Positions 1-13,195 of a DNA stretch of 64,000 nt are shown in pieces. The position numbers and the translations under genes were made by a program. This DNA is from Epiperipatus broadwayi (lineage: Eukaryota; Animalia; Onychophora). The stretch covers positions 12,214,001-12,278,000 of the forward strand of contig JAQFVV010000005.1 in assembly GCA_028023455.1 (NCBI GenBank). The letters run 5' to 3'. Position 1 is the first letter of the stretch. Every line of letters begins with the position of its first letter. Below the pieces are notes generated by a model. That model was not told where the DNA came from and did not search any database. It saw only the letters and a list, made by a program, of their open reading frames with translations.

Positions 1-3000
1 TGGAGTATTTTAACATAGAATTTAAACCAATTTATTTCTCTGTTATATTGTTGTAAATGAAGACTAGCATTTGTTTATTCATAATGCCATTACAATATCA
101 AAAGTTTGATAAATGGAGGATAAAAAAATACTTTGAGAATATTAGAATTTAACAAATAGACATTGTTTGGATAACTGTTTATGATACTTTTAACTTGTTT
201 AGATTAAATTATAGCTCACAGAATAGACATTGGAACTGTTGTTTCTTTGAAAAGTGATGCAGGAGGACTGTGATCAGATTGCATGTTAACATATATTTTA
301 TTTATAATATTTTGTAAATATTATTCATTACTGTATTTTAAGTTTGTTAATTATTTGTTTTTATATATATGAAATAAAAAAAAGTTAAACTTAGTTTAGA
401 TTCGAATTTATATCCTAAATTTTAATGATTAAAACTTTGATTTGTTTATCTATTGACTGCTAATTACTTTCAGCTATACATGTTATAAATATTGAAAATC
501 TGAAAGGATTGTATTATAACAATTACTTGTTGATATTCTATTTGGAAAATAATGTGAATGGATAGACAAACTTATTATTATATTTTATTTTAATCAATTA
601 CTTTATTATGAATATTGTAGAATTATCATTAGCTTTCTTATATTTTAACATTTTTGTTGCACAGAAATTTTATATGTCATATATTAAACAGTGAATAGAT
701 TATTTTTTCTCTATAAGCACCTATTTTTATTAACATTAATTTAGATGAAGAATAGATTTCATGATATTTAATTAGAGTGGATGTCACAAATGTTTATTGT
801 CTATTTGTCGCTTCTTATATTTATTGTTAATAATTTTTTAATTCATTTAAAACAAATAAACTTGTTTTAGTGGTCATTTCAATTAATAATGCAAATCTAT
901 TGGCTAATAAAATTTTAATATATAGTAGTTAAAGTATAGATTTCCATTATATATTTTATAATTAATCATAAAATAGTCCAGGAATCAAATGATTGGATTG
1001 ATAAGTGTATGTATTATTATGTATCATTTTCTCTATTATAAATATAATATATTGTCTTTTGAGCTAAGTATACATATTATATGATAATAGATTAATTAAT
1101 TTGTTATAATTAGATGTTTAATAATTAATTAGAAGATCACCATAATTATTTTGACAGTTATAGTTATTTTGGATAAAAAATGTATATCTGAAGTAGTTCA
1201 GTAGTTTATAAAGTATAAGTATATTGGTTATTTATGGTAAGCAAGTCAGTGCATTCTTTTAAACTTATTTATTGAATGTATATTATAGTAACATATTATT
1301 TAGTTAGAAAGATAGTAATTTCATGATGTTATAAAATTAGTAATTGCGTACATTGAAACTGGTATTTGAATTACATTAAATAGAATGGTTTAGCATAGAT
1401 TTAAAGCTCATTAGGGTATATTATATATTTAATTTAGATATTAAGCTTTTAATGTTACCATTTTCCTATAATCAAGTACCACTAGTACTATGCATATTAG
1501 GATAATTATGATTTAGGGTTTAATAACTTAGCTTTATTGATTTGAAGAATAATTCATTGTGATTTGCTAATCATATTTATGTAAGTATCTAATAAAAGTC
1601 TTTTCTATATTTTATGTCATTATGATTTGGATATTGTAAATTGTCAGGCTATTTGAAGTATTGACTTTCATTTTATATCATTATAAAATGGCAAAAATGG
1701 GAAGGAATGATAGATAAGTTGTTTTTGCATATTGTGTTTTATTATAGTTTTAGTATTGTAAACATTTTATTCCATTATAATTTGATGTTGTAAATTTATG
1801 AGGTTTTAAAAGAATTTTTTTTATATATTTTATTAATGATAAGTTAATGTGGCATAAATCTGTAGAATGACAAAAGTCTTACCACCATTAAGTATTTTTA
1901 TCCTATTACAATTGGTTTACCCAACAAAGGCATATTAGTATTTATGAGATAGTGTTGCTCTGTTAACATTATTTTCATTTTATTCTGTTGCAATTGGCTC
2001 TCAAACTTGTGAATGAAATATTAGCTTCTTGTATTTTTATTCCCTTACAATTGGTGATTAACATTTGGGTTATACCTTAAGTCTGTTACAATTGCTGTCT
2101 CAAGTTCACAGGCTATATTGAAGTCCTTTTCTAATCTTATTATATTTTTATTTTGTTACAAATGCCACCCAAATCTGTGGGGTTATTAAATAAGAGCTTT
2201 TCACTATTTTTATTGTTATAATAGATATTGTATTGCAGTGCTTATTAAATCTCTATCCAGCATTTAATCTATGAGATTTATTAAAACTACAATCTGGCAT
2301 ATATTGATTACTAAATTTACATTATTTGGCACAAATATGATGATAAAAAAGAATTTGCTGCTTAACAGCATTGTGTAAGGAAGTGTAATATAATGTTTAA
2401 TTGGATTTATTCTAATCCTTCTATCTTTTATTTTTAAATTTTCAAACATCCCATACTTTTTTAAAGCTCTTGCATTTCAAGTTTTAGTTTTTTAGGGTTT
2501 TCACTGAATAATAATTGAGGAGGCTCTCAACATTTCCTTCTTTCAATAAGGAGGAGTCATATTCTAATAGTTTCAATTTTGAATATTCTTTCTTATTCTT
2601 CTGGGTTGAAAGCTCCAGAGTGGGTTCCTTAATCTGTTTCCATTCATCCACAGTAGTCTAGTTAGGCTAATGCTAGCAAGTATTAATTGTTGAGATTTTT
2701 CAACTCGACAGCATTGCCATTGCCATATGTTTATAAGCTAGCTGGAGACAAGACTGTAATTTACTAATGCAGCACTCACTACAATTCCAAAAGTGTAGGG
2801 TTCTTAGCCATTCATCATTAATATGGTTATCTGCTTTATTGCAAGAATACTTCTCAACGTTAATGCTTTTTGTAAAATGGCATGCATAATCTTACCCTTC
2901 TTCATCAGTAACATCTGAACATATATAACTTTTTAGAGCTAGTGTCACCAAAGGTAGTTCACTATGTTTAGTTAGTATGGGGGATATTGCCAGGAGTGCT

Positions 3001-3640
3001 TACTCATTAGATTTCTCTGGTTATACCGCAGATAATCTTCATATCTAGAAATTTTTCCATTACCTGCCCCTCTGTAAATCTGTTCAGTGATAGTTTTTCT
3101 AATGACATTCAGTCCTTAACTTAGATGTTAGCAATAGTCCAATATATAAGTACAAATATTAAGGTTTGTGTTATAAATAGACTTTTTTAAATTTTTTGCA
3201 TAGAAATCCAAAAATTTTAGTTACGCCATTGTTAGCATTATATTGACACCACCCTTATCCTTAATGACTCTTTCATATCAATTTTTCAAAAATTCTTAAG
3301 TTTCCCCTAATATTTTATTCATAATTTCTTGAATATTTCTCACAATTCTAAATTTAAAAAAAAAGACACTTTTTTACTGTTATATTTTTAATCATATATA
3401 ATGTGTATCCCACAATTTCATCATTTCTTAATCTTGACTAAAATTGACACACTCTAAAATTAAATGTTTGATTATTTTTAGTCCACATAAATCAGATAAT
3501 AAATTTAAATCATTTCCCCACTTTATCATTTATTCTTTTGTCTTTAGACTTTTTGCTCTAACTTTAAATAACAAATAATTTCTACTATTATCATAATTGT
3601 AAAATATTAAGGATTTTAAACTTCTCCCTCGATAATTTAA

Positions 3641-3969
3641 TATACAAATTAAAAAGCGTATGAAACACTTAAACGAGAAGCTATAAAGATTCCAAAAATT
3701 ATTATACGCTAAGCGCTTTCGAGGCCATTTGCCTCATATTCATAGCGGTAATGCGAGATGCAGAACGAGGAAATAGGCAAGGAAACAAACGTTGGACTAT
3801 CTAGCTCATTTGCATACCGCTTTGTTTCCTTGCCCTATTTCCTCGTTCTGCATCTCGCATTACCGCTATGAATATGAGGCAAATGGCCTCGAAAGCGCTT
3901 AGCTATAATAATTTTTGGAATCTTTATAGCTTCTCGTTCAAGTGTTTCATACGCTTTTTAATTTGTATA
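3641..3969. mobile_element. Fold-back MITE with ~150-bp near-perfect inverted arms and ~30-bp spacer
   Basis: Arm 3641-3790 (TATACAAATTAAAAAGCGTATG...GGAAACAAAC) is the reverse complement of 3821-3969 with only a few differences; TA at both ends (Tc1/mariner-type TSD possible); CpGs retained, so probably young. Confidence 0.9.
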
Positions 3970-4694
3970 CTATTATCATAAATATTTTCAAGTTCAATGC
4001 TGATCTTATTATTATGATATCATATCACTGGTTTTTATAACTGCATATTTTAAATTTTCATAACATTTTTTACTTATTAATTATGTATGCTATTATCTAT
4101 TTCCTAACACTCTATATTTTTAATATTCATTCTAAATTTTTTTATATGGTACATTGAATTTTCTTGTGTGCTTTACTACCTGCCTCAATCACTTTGTCTG
4201 ATAATCTTTCCAATGTATCAATTTAAAATTATTTTAGCAATTTTGTTTCCATCCATAAATTGTACAAATGTTTTTAATTTGCTTTTGACATTTCACTTAT
4301 GAAATAATGATTATCCCATTTTCTTTCATATAGCTTCTGCTGTCCTCATGGTTCTCTTAGTGCATATCTTCCCACTTGTTTTTGTATCTTATGATACACT
4401 GTAAATCATTCACTGACCAAGTTCAACCACCACATTCTATAATATTTTACTTTCAAAATATTTATTGTAATCTTATCTAATTTATTAAACTCTATTTTTC
4501 CCCTTCATTATTAAATTTATTGCACATTCTGACATACTTTTCATTTTAATACTATTTTTTATACTCTAAAAAATATATTACTCTACTTTTTCACTCATTT
4601 TTCTCATTTCTGATTTATTGATGATGAATATTTTAGATTATTTCTAAATTTAACATTCAATTTCTTTTTTTTTCTTCTATTTTCTTTTTATCAG

Positions 4695-4832
4695 TACCAA
4701 AGAAAATTATCTGTAACACATAATGCTGAAACCAGAAGTTTTCATTACACTAAATTAGGTATTTTATATTTCAGATTTATATCGATATTTTATTTTATAG
4801 GAGTTCCTCCAAACTCTAGGCATGCGCTCTAA
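4695..4832 (+). other. Candidate terminal coding exons (4695-4758 and 4801-4832) of an unidentified gene
   Basis: Pyrimidine tract plus AG at 4693-4694, 42-nt GT-AG intron 4759-4800, frame stays open across the splice: YQRKLSVTHNAETRSFHYTKL-GVPPNSRHAL*; no homology recognised. Confidence 0.25.
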
Positions 4833-5860
4833 AATAAATATGAAATCAAAAGCAGTAGAACATTAAGATAATTTGAATAAGAAGATAATTTGCCTACAAA
4901 TATGCTAGGCATAAACTTAATAGTGATCAACTTTTAGCTGGGAGTACAATTTTAAAATCAGTACTCAATTCAAGTTCAGAAAATGCTTTTATATTAATGA
5001 TCCAGCCGGAACCCGAAAGCTGGTTGTTTGCATGTTAATTCAAGATGCTGATTTTTTTTTTTAAAAAAAAATTTATTGTTTCAATAGTTCGTGATTTAAT
5101 CTTGCAACGGAGAAAATTTAATAATTAAGAAACTGTCAGAGACAACATCGTGGATGCTCTGAAATTTTTTAATGAATTCCATATTGATATTTTTTTATAA
5201 TTTTAAATTATATTTAAAATATTTTTTTTTCCTGTCATGAATATTAATTATTTTTTTTTAAGTAAAAAAACTTAGCTATTTTGTAAGCTTACAACAGGTA
5301 AAAATATTGCACAAAGATTTTGTCTCAATAATTTAATTTTGAATTCCCTTGAAAATAATATAAATAATATGCATGTCATAGAACAACTTACTTAAAACCT
5401 ATGTTACTTATTATTCTGTCATCTGATTGACAATTACCGAATTTATATATGAATATAATTTTTACTTATATAGCCATATTGCAGAAATAATAGCAAAGTT
5501 CCAGCGTTTCTAATAATTGTATTAATGAACATATTATCTCTTATTATTTATTTTGATTAAATGCTGTAATATAAATCAAAAATCAGAATTATAATAAAAA
5601 AAAGAAAATTTCAAATATTTTTTATAACGCATAAACTTACTGGCTTTTAATTCGTATTTATTCATTTAGAAGTAAATTATCGGAAGATAATGTATTAAGA
5701 TCTAGGAAATAATAATGTTAACTTATGACAAAAAACAATTGTATAAAATGAACAGCAATTTAATTTATGGACTTTTGTTATTTCATGATATAGTTTAAGA
5801 TAAAAGATATTAAAAGAAATTGTGTTAAGGGTGTGGAAAACGTTGACAAACTTTCATTGA

Positions 5861-5969
5861 TTTGTCAAGCGTTGGTGACCGAGTGGTTAGCACAGCTGCC
5901 TTACAAGGAATTGTCCCGGGGTTTGCTTCCCGGACGACGCTTTGACACACACATAAAAAAAAAAAAAAA
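5861..5969 (+). mobile_element. tRNA-Val(TAC)-derived SINE/retropseudogene, copy 1
   Basis: Acceptor stem GCGTTG/CGACGC, A-box TGACCGAGTGG, TTACAA anticodon loop, degenerate B-box GTTTGCTTC, poly(A) tail, TSD-like AAACTTTCATTGA (5848-5860) / AAACTTTTATTGA (5967-5979). Confidence 0.8.
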
Positions 5970-6924
5970 CTTTTATTGACTATAACTAAATGTTATTAAT
6001 GGCCCAGAGATTAGTACTTTGGCACCTAATTATCTCACTCTGCTTTCAGACAGATACTTTTATGTACCTACTTAATTCACAATTATCATTTTAGTTTTTA
6101 TTGTTAAAGGACTGCTTTTAATTAACAACTGATGTTTATGTAATAAACATTACGTAAAAAAGTAGTTTTTTTTGTCAACAAAAAAATATTCTGACATAAA
6201 ATTAGCAAATTTCTCAATAAATATAAAAATGGAATAATAGAAGGAGCACATATTTTAAATAAGCATAAATGAATATTTTGTATTTAAAGTATGATTCGGA
6301 ATGACTAGCATTCCGCAGATCGCGGATTATCTTTTGTACATTAAAAAAAGGATATTAACATATATATGTTGCTGCAGTTATTTAAAACAAGCTTTCACTT
6401 AAAAAAATACTTTTCTCCGCCTCAGAAAAATGATCAAATTATTACATTTGTTCTAATCAATATATTATTTAATCCATGTTTTAAACACCAAAAAAAATTG
6501 TACCTTTATTTATATGTTGTATAACATTGAAATATCTTATTTGTTGATGCTTTAAATTTGAAGTACTGCTATCATTTGATCATAGTATTCTATATCTAAA
6601 TTATGTCAATGCGTCTTAGAGTAGAGGATTTAGTGCATTAAACTTAAACTGAAAATACTTATTTTCTATATTGTAAAAATAAGTGCATTTTAGAAAATCA
6701 TAGATTTAATAAATATGATTATTGGTCTGTGGTGAATGCTTTTACTTTTTAAAATAATCTTTAAAAAAATCTATCTTCTTTAAATGTTTTACTTCTTACT
6801 TCTGAATCTGTTATATATAAGATTTTCTAAATAATTTTACTAGCCCAAAATGTTTTAACTTTTTCCGTTTCTATTAAAGTGATTTTTTAATATCATCATG
6901 CTAAAAAAAAAAAAAGAATGATGT

Positions 6925-7032
6925 TATTGTTTGGGAGTTCATAAGAAAATTTAGTGCTGAATGCCAAAATTAAAATAAATCTGAGGACCTTATGCTCCAG
7001 AGTTTGAAGCTCTATCCTTGCACTAAATAGAC
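6925..7032 (-). mobile_element. Second tRNA-derived SINE family, degenerate copy
   Basis: Minus strand TTTAGTGCAAGGATAGAG...ACTCTGGAGC...TCCTCAGATT plus a GGAGTTC (plus-strand) block in its 3' part, matching copies at 25.0 and 25.9 kb. Confidence 0.5.
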
Positions 7033-7581
7033 AGGCCAATGTGATTATAAAATTATTCTAAGAAATTTGTTTTAATGTATTTAACCTGTAAAAATTTACA
7101 AATTTTCTCCCCAAAGTATAAACAATTATAATTTAAATTTGAAAAATAATTTCTTATTTATTTCTATTATTGTTTTGTTCACATATTCTAATTACTAAAT
7201 AATTTAGTCCACAAAACCCAAATTTCTTGCATCACATATTTGACTGTACCCTCTTTATACAAATACATTAATGATTATTACATATGAAAAAAGAGTGATA
7301 GAATTGATTTAATGATAAGAATAGATATACTAATTTTTAAGTTTAAAGTTTATATCTGAAATAAAAGTGATGTAATTGCTAATAAATAATTTATGTTAAC
7401 AAATAGTTCTGACTTGTGTTTGAGAATTGAGAGGTCCATGTGATGTCATTATTCCATCTTATTGGCTGTCACGTAAGCATGTTAAGGCGTATCTGTTGAA
7501 AGTTTTAGCTTTCACGTTATTACAATATTATCTGTTTACGCTTAATAAATTTGATATATTTAAATTAAATTCTAGTAATTT

Positions 7582-7687
7582 GTCAAGCATTGGTGGTCGA
7601 GAGGTCAACGACAGCTGCTTTACAAGCAGTTGTCCAGGTTAGCGGATTCGCTTCCCCGCTGATGCTATGACACATGAGGAAAAAAAA
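7582..7687 (+). mobile_element. tRNA-Val(TAC)-derived SINE, copy 2
   Basis: Same body as copy 1 (CTGC-TTTACAA-GCAG anticodon arm), A tail, perfect 11-bp TSD TCTAGTAATTT at 7571-7581 and 7688-7698. Confidence 0.85.
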
Positions 7688-7802
7688 TCTAGTAATTTAA
7701 TATTGATAAATACTTCAAGAAAGATGTTGCTGTGTGAGGTTGTGATATGAACCAATCGATGACTGCTGGTTCAGCCAAAAATGCATCTTGAAAGTTACTT
7801 AC

Positions 7803-7877
7803 CTTTTTGTAGATGGGCTTTATTAATGTGGGTGCAATAAAATAAAAATTTAAGTTTATTACACATTCTTTAACCAA
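7803..7877 (-). other. Candidate 75-nt internal exon (LVKECVINLNFYFIAPTLIKPIYKK)
   Basis: TTTTTTAG acceptor and AAAAG|GTAAGT donor on the minus strand; length divisible by 3; only phase 0 is open. Confidence 0.35.
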
Positions 7878-8508
7878 CTAAAAAATGTAAACAATATCTC
7901 TATTTATACTTACCTTTTTTTTCTTTTTAATCTACTTTTTATTTTTAAATTAATTAATTAAATAAAACTAATATTATTTCTTCCTATATATAATAGTGGG
8001 TTTTTTTCTCTCTTAAAATTCTTTTTTTTTATTATCTTTTTAAAAACTTATTTAATTAATCATTTAATCTATTGTAATTATTTTAATGTTTTCTTATTAA
8101 TTAACCAAATACTTTTTTCTGGCAAACAAAACCAATTTACAATCTCTTTTATAACTACAAAATATTTAGATAGATCATATACAACTTCATTACTTTAAAT
8201 ATTGGAATAATTTATTTTTTTAAAATAATTTCAATTTTATCACCAAGTAAAAATCTGACATACAAACTTCACTCTTGAAAGATATCAAGTGCCCAAATCT
8301 CCACATCCATGTTGACAGTTCAAGGCATTGTGAGAGAGTATGGTCTGACTGCGTTGATGGATAAGTGCAAAACAATGGAGTTCAAATGAAGGATATACTT
8401 ATGGAAATCAAAAACCCTACAAATATGGTAATATTTATTGAAAGAAGTCATTTGATTCAAAACAAAATAAACATTTTTTCATAAAAAACAATTTTCATTA
8501 TCTGAATA

Positions 8509-8637
8509 AAATAGATATCCATAAGATGTGATATGTTGGACTATTTCCATCATTTATGAGTTAATTTATGAGTCCAACATATCACATCTTATAATATACC
8601 ATCATTACAAACCTTCAGACAAATAGATATCCATAAG
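8509..8637. repeat. 17-bp direct repeat enclosing a 22-bp perfect inverted repeat
   Basis: AAATAGATATCCATAAG at 8509-8525 and 8621-8637; ATAAGATGTGATATGTTGGACT (8521-8542) inverted at 8571-8592. Confidence 0.85.
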
Positions 8638-9374
8638 TCTGTTTACTTTGATTATTTCTTACTTTGAAAATACATCTTTAAAAATATAAATAAGGTTTTT
8701 TTGGCATCTGAGACTTTGAAAAATAAAAAAGGAGTATGATTATCTAATGGAGATTTATTCTCAAAAAGTTATAATCTGTTGTGTTAAGGCATAATTTTAG
8801 CAATAATTATTATTTTTTAATTCTCATTTTAATACTCCTAAGCATTCAACTCAAAATACTATTTTTAAATGAAAACCCTTAAAGTAATAATCTTCATTAG
8901 TACTAAATATGTCAGTGGAACATCAATAAGCCATTTAATAACTATTATTAAAAAGTGTGTTATATGTCAAACAAAAATCTGTATACTAATCAATGATATG
9001 TGATGAGATTAGAGAGGGAAGCAATTCATTTTTTCAGTGTGAATCAAAATAATAGATGAACTAGATATTTCAAGTAAGACATCTCTTTTAGATCATTTAA
9101 TAGTGTTTCATGGCTTTTTTGAGCTACAAACAAAATTTTAAATCATCAAAAACAGTTCAGTTCTTGTTTTGTATATATATCCTGTTAATCAAAACTTTAT
9201 GTCATAATGCCTAGTAATAAAATGCAAAATACAGATTTTGTTTCATTACTCTGGAAGTCACAGTTGATATAAGATATAAGCAAATTATTTTCTAAAATGT
9301 TTTATATGTAATGAATGCATACATTTAAAGTTTATACTTAGCTATACATTTGTATGGGAGTTATATTAAAATTA

Positions 9375-9564
9375 TACCATTTAAGCTGTCAGATACTAAC
9401 AATAGCTTGTACAAATAAATGCATTTACTATTTTATTGTCAATATGATTAAATCAGGTGCATAAATTGATTTTTATGAGATTAATATAGCCATCAGATTA
9501 ATCAATAAAATATTTCTGTAGTATTACTTAATGAAAATTTTCCAAAGTGACAGCTTAATTGGTA
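9375..9564. mobile_element. Small MITE with ~15-bp TIRs and TA flanks
   Basis: TA-CCATTTAAGCTGTCA ... TGACAGCTTAATTGG-TA. Confidence 0.6.
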
Positions 9565-9687
9565 TGATTCATCCTAAAATGCTGCATTAGTTTTTTTTTT
9601 TAGATATACTTCCTTATCTTAATAAGTGTGATAATGCTCAAGGATAAATGGGTTTGTAAGTAATCATTAAAAACCAGCCAATACAGG

Positions 9688-9888
9688 GATTGAAATTATT
9701 GATACAAAGAAGTTTAAATAATCTCTTTCAACAAGTAAATATAACCTAATCTGAATGTAGACTAATAAATAGTCAATCATAACATTATAAACTGCAATTA
9801 TAAATTGACTATTTATTAGTCTGCATTCAGAATATGTTATGTTTACCTATTTAAAGAGATTTATTTAAACTTCTTTGTAATTTCAATC
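9688..9888. mobile_element. Fold-back MITE with ~90-bp inverted arms
   Basis: GATTGAAATT...CAAAGAAGTTTAAATA...GACTAATAAATAGTCAAT mirrored at ~9802-9888. Confidence 0.8.
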
Positions 9889-10038
9889 TTTGTGGTCAAG
9901 CTGCAATCTTTAGTGTTTATTTAAGTATATTAAACATTAAAATAAAGTTGGAATTTTACATTTATTTTAAAAGGCGGTTGCCGTGACTACAGTTGGAAAT
10001 TGTTGATTGTATAGCAAAGTTATATACCAAATATCAAA

Positions 10039-11300
10039 TAATAAAGATGTATCAGATGATTGGAAGAATGCAGTATTAATATTTAAAAAGGTGATAAAGA
10101 AGATATTAGAAATTACAGAGCTATCAGCCTTTTATCACTTTTATACAAAATTTTTCCCAAGATAATTATAACTTGTCTACAGAGAACATTGTATTTCCAC
10201 CAACAAAGAGAACAAGCTGGATTTAAAAGTGGTTTTAGTATAGTAGATCATATCCATGTATTGAGAGAAGTTATAGAAAGAACAAATGAATATGAATTGC
10301 CATTATGCTTTGGATTTGTAGATTATGAAAAGGCATTTGTGTCTATAAACATTTCTTCAGTGATTAAAGCATTGGATCATCACGATGTAGATCCAGGATA
10401 TTGTCATATTTTAAAGAATATTTATAAAAATGCAACAGCAACAATTAGATTACATAATGATACTGAAAAAGTCAACATTGAGAAGGGTGTAAGACAGGGT
10501 GATTCCATATCTCCAAAACTTTTTACAGCAGTGCTGCAAGAAATATTTTGTGGATTAAAATGGGAAGCTAAAGGAGTGAAAGTAAATGAGATTATTTAAG
10601 TCATTTAGATTTTGCAGATGATATAGTTCTTTTTGCAAATAATGCTTTAGAGCTGCAGGAAATGTTGCAGGAATTATCAGATGAAAGTAGAATTAAAGAT
10701 AAATGTTAAAAAGACTAAAGTAATGTTTAATAGATTTTCTCAAAATATGAAAATAAAGGAGAAATTAACAGCTATGAATGCCTTGATCAGATTATTGATA
10801 CAGATGGAAACATAATGGATGAAATTAATCATAGAATTAAACTTGGTTGGAATGTTTTAGTAGAAATAACTTGATACTAAAAGGAAATATGCCTATGTGT
10901 TTGAAAAGAAAATTTTTTAATAAATGTGTTTTACCAGTTCTTACTTATTGATCTGAGACTTGGACACTTAATCGAAGAGCAATACAGAGACTTCAGACCA
11001 CTCAAAGAAGTATGGAAAGATGCATGTTGGGAGTAACAAGAGATCGAAAATGCAATATATGGGCAAGAGAACAAGCAGGTGTTACTGACCTCATTGAAAA
11101 AATTAAAAGACTGAAGTGAAGTTGGGCTGGACATATTGCTAGAAGAGATGATAATAGATGGACAATTGAAATCTTAAAGTGGATTCCAAGAGATTGTAAA
11201 AGACCCAGAAATAGACCACATGTAAGATGGATGGATGAAATAAGAAAGTGTGCAGGGGTGAGGTGGAGAAGCGAAGCTAAAGATCGGAGATGGATTGTCT
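10039..11300 (+). mobile_element. Decayed 5'-truncated RTE-like non-LTR retrotransposon (reverse transcriptase)
   Basis: Motifs KKGDKEDIRNYRAISLL, EQAGFKSGFSIVDH, FVDYEKAF, GVRQGDSISPKLF, FADDIVL, LKWSWAGHIARR, RWMDEIRK; stops and frameshifts present. Confidence 0.92.
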
Positions 11301-12349
11301 AAGTGTTGACTAGTTTTTAATGATTATATATCTTAAATATAATTGTCCCCCAATCTGAAATTTCATTTATCTTTTTTTCAAAAAAACTAGAATAAAAAAA
11401 TTAGAAAAAAAAAGTTAATTTTTTTAGTTCACAGTGCAATAAATGATACAGTCATAAAGTATCTTTTTCAGTAAAGTAATAATTTTTTCAGTACAGTTAG
11501 AATACTATTGAAACTTCCAGTTTCAGGGGTTTTCAGATTTCAACAATAGATTTTTTACTTCTTCAGTATAACTTTTCTGTTTTTCAAAATATCTGAATTT
11601 AATTAAAATATTCAATAAACATTAATTTTACTATATATATATATATGGGTAAATATACATATATTTTCTGTATAGGCTTATGTTTTACATTATTACAATT
11701 TTTTATGCAGTATTAATTAAACAATTATTTATATTTATTGATTAACTCCTTTTTGTTTCTTGTTAAAAATTCATGACCGTTTGTTTATTCATTGATTTAT
11801 TTTTCTTTTCGATTTAACACTTCAGTGAAATTTTTTAAAAACTAAGCCTTTCAAAAATTGGCTTTTAAAAAAAGATTTCCTCTCAACTTAGCATTTGCAA
11901 TCTTTTAAAAATTTAAAGGACTTTGAAAAATTCTTTATGTTCATATTTAATCCTTTCTGGTTAACAATTGGATATTTTTTAATGATTAATTACGTAAATA
12001 CATTAAAGCTATTAGACTAAAACAAAAATAAAATAGAAAGTTTACTGCAATTAAATGTATTAAATTCATAAGTATTTACTGATTTTTTTTAAATTAAGTA
12101 ATAAAATTGTATAGGTCTGTGCACTATTATATATATATAACACAAGGATAATAATTATTATATGTGTTGAAATGCATATTGTACACAATTTGCTACTAAG
12201 TGGAAGTTTTAGTATATATGCGAAGGCTTGAAACCAAATATTACAGGTATGGTGGAACTTTTATACAAAATTTCTCAAGTTGATGTGATGTAAAATAGAT
12301 TTCTTTTAAACAGAGAATTTGTATGCATAGGCTATACATTCAGAAACTC

Positions 12350-12800
12350 TACAAACCAAATTAGACATTCCCTCCATCAAAAACCTTTATATACCACAAA
12401 AAATATATTTCTTATTCATTACTACCCAATTGTATTTTCAGGCCAATTTTATATTTTTCCTTTTAATATTCCCATATTTCATTATAAAAACTTAAACAAA
12501 AAGTCATAAAATCATTACTTCTATCACACCCTTTACTATTATATTTTCCCCATTTTATATCATTTCATAACATCCTAGACTCAAAAAATGTTTAACACTC
12601 TCTCATATTCACCTAAGCTAAGTCTACAATTCAAATCCTTATTCCATTTTTGCCTTCTTTCCCTGATATATAAAACTACGGCCTTTGCATCAAATAGCAA
12701 TAAGCTTCCTTTATATAAAATCAAAACATTTTTTTTTTATTGTCATTTCTTTTCCATAACTTTACTTTTTGTTCTTTAACCAATTTATCTATCCTCTTTT
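12350..12800 (-). mobile_element. Highly decayed LINE endonuclease-like fragment
   Basis: Purine-rich minus strand with a GRSFIYQGKEGKNG-like segment; weak resemblance only. Confidence 0.3.
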
Positions 12801-13132
12801 CTCAATTTTTATAATTATATATCTAATAGACAGGGTATGAGCACAGACTTTCACATAACCCACCACTCTCCACACTATCTCATAACACTGATACACCCAA
12901 ACACACATATGTCGAAAAGATAAATAATCACCAATATACGTATTTCATGCTAAACCAGCAATCATCAGTTGTTCCAGATTACCATCTCTACACATATATG
13001 CTACAAGTGATACAAATTCTTTACACATTTATCCCATTTCTTGTATAAATACATGGAAGTAAAATGCCTATTTATTATCTTTGCATATTAATACATTGTA
13101 CAGGCTTAAACCTGCATTTATATATGTAATAT

Positions 13133-13195
13133 ATGCGGGATTCGAACTCAGACTTTCACCTGACCCACTACGCTCATGCCATCTCATATTGCATA
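13133..13195 (-). repeat. tRNA-derived fragment (B-box)
   Basis: Minus strand GAGTTCGAATCCCGCA is a canonical T-loop/B-box; the rest of the cloverleaf is not recoverable. Confidence 0.35.

Noticed and set aside
2264-2449. Penelope-like RT/GIY-YIG remnant (HYITLPY)
   Set aside because: Only one short motif; no downstream YIG or Cys pattern was recoverable.
5869-5941. Functional tRNA-Val gene
   Set aside because: Mismatched anticodon stem, mutated B-box, and an A tail with a TSD indicate a retrocopy.
6298-6330. Double hairpin CGGAATG-ACTAG-CATTCCG / CCGC-AGATC-GCGG
   Set aside because: Single occurrence with no second copy or associated element ends to support a function.
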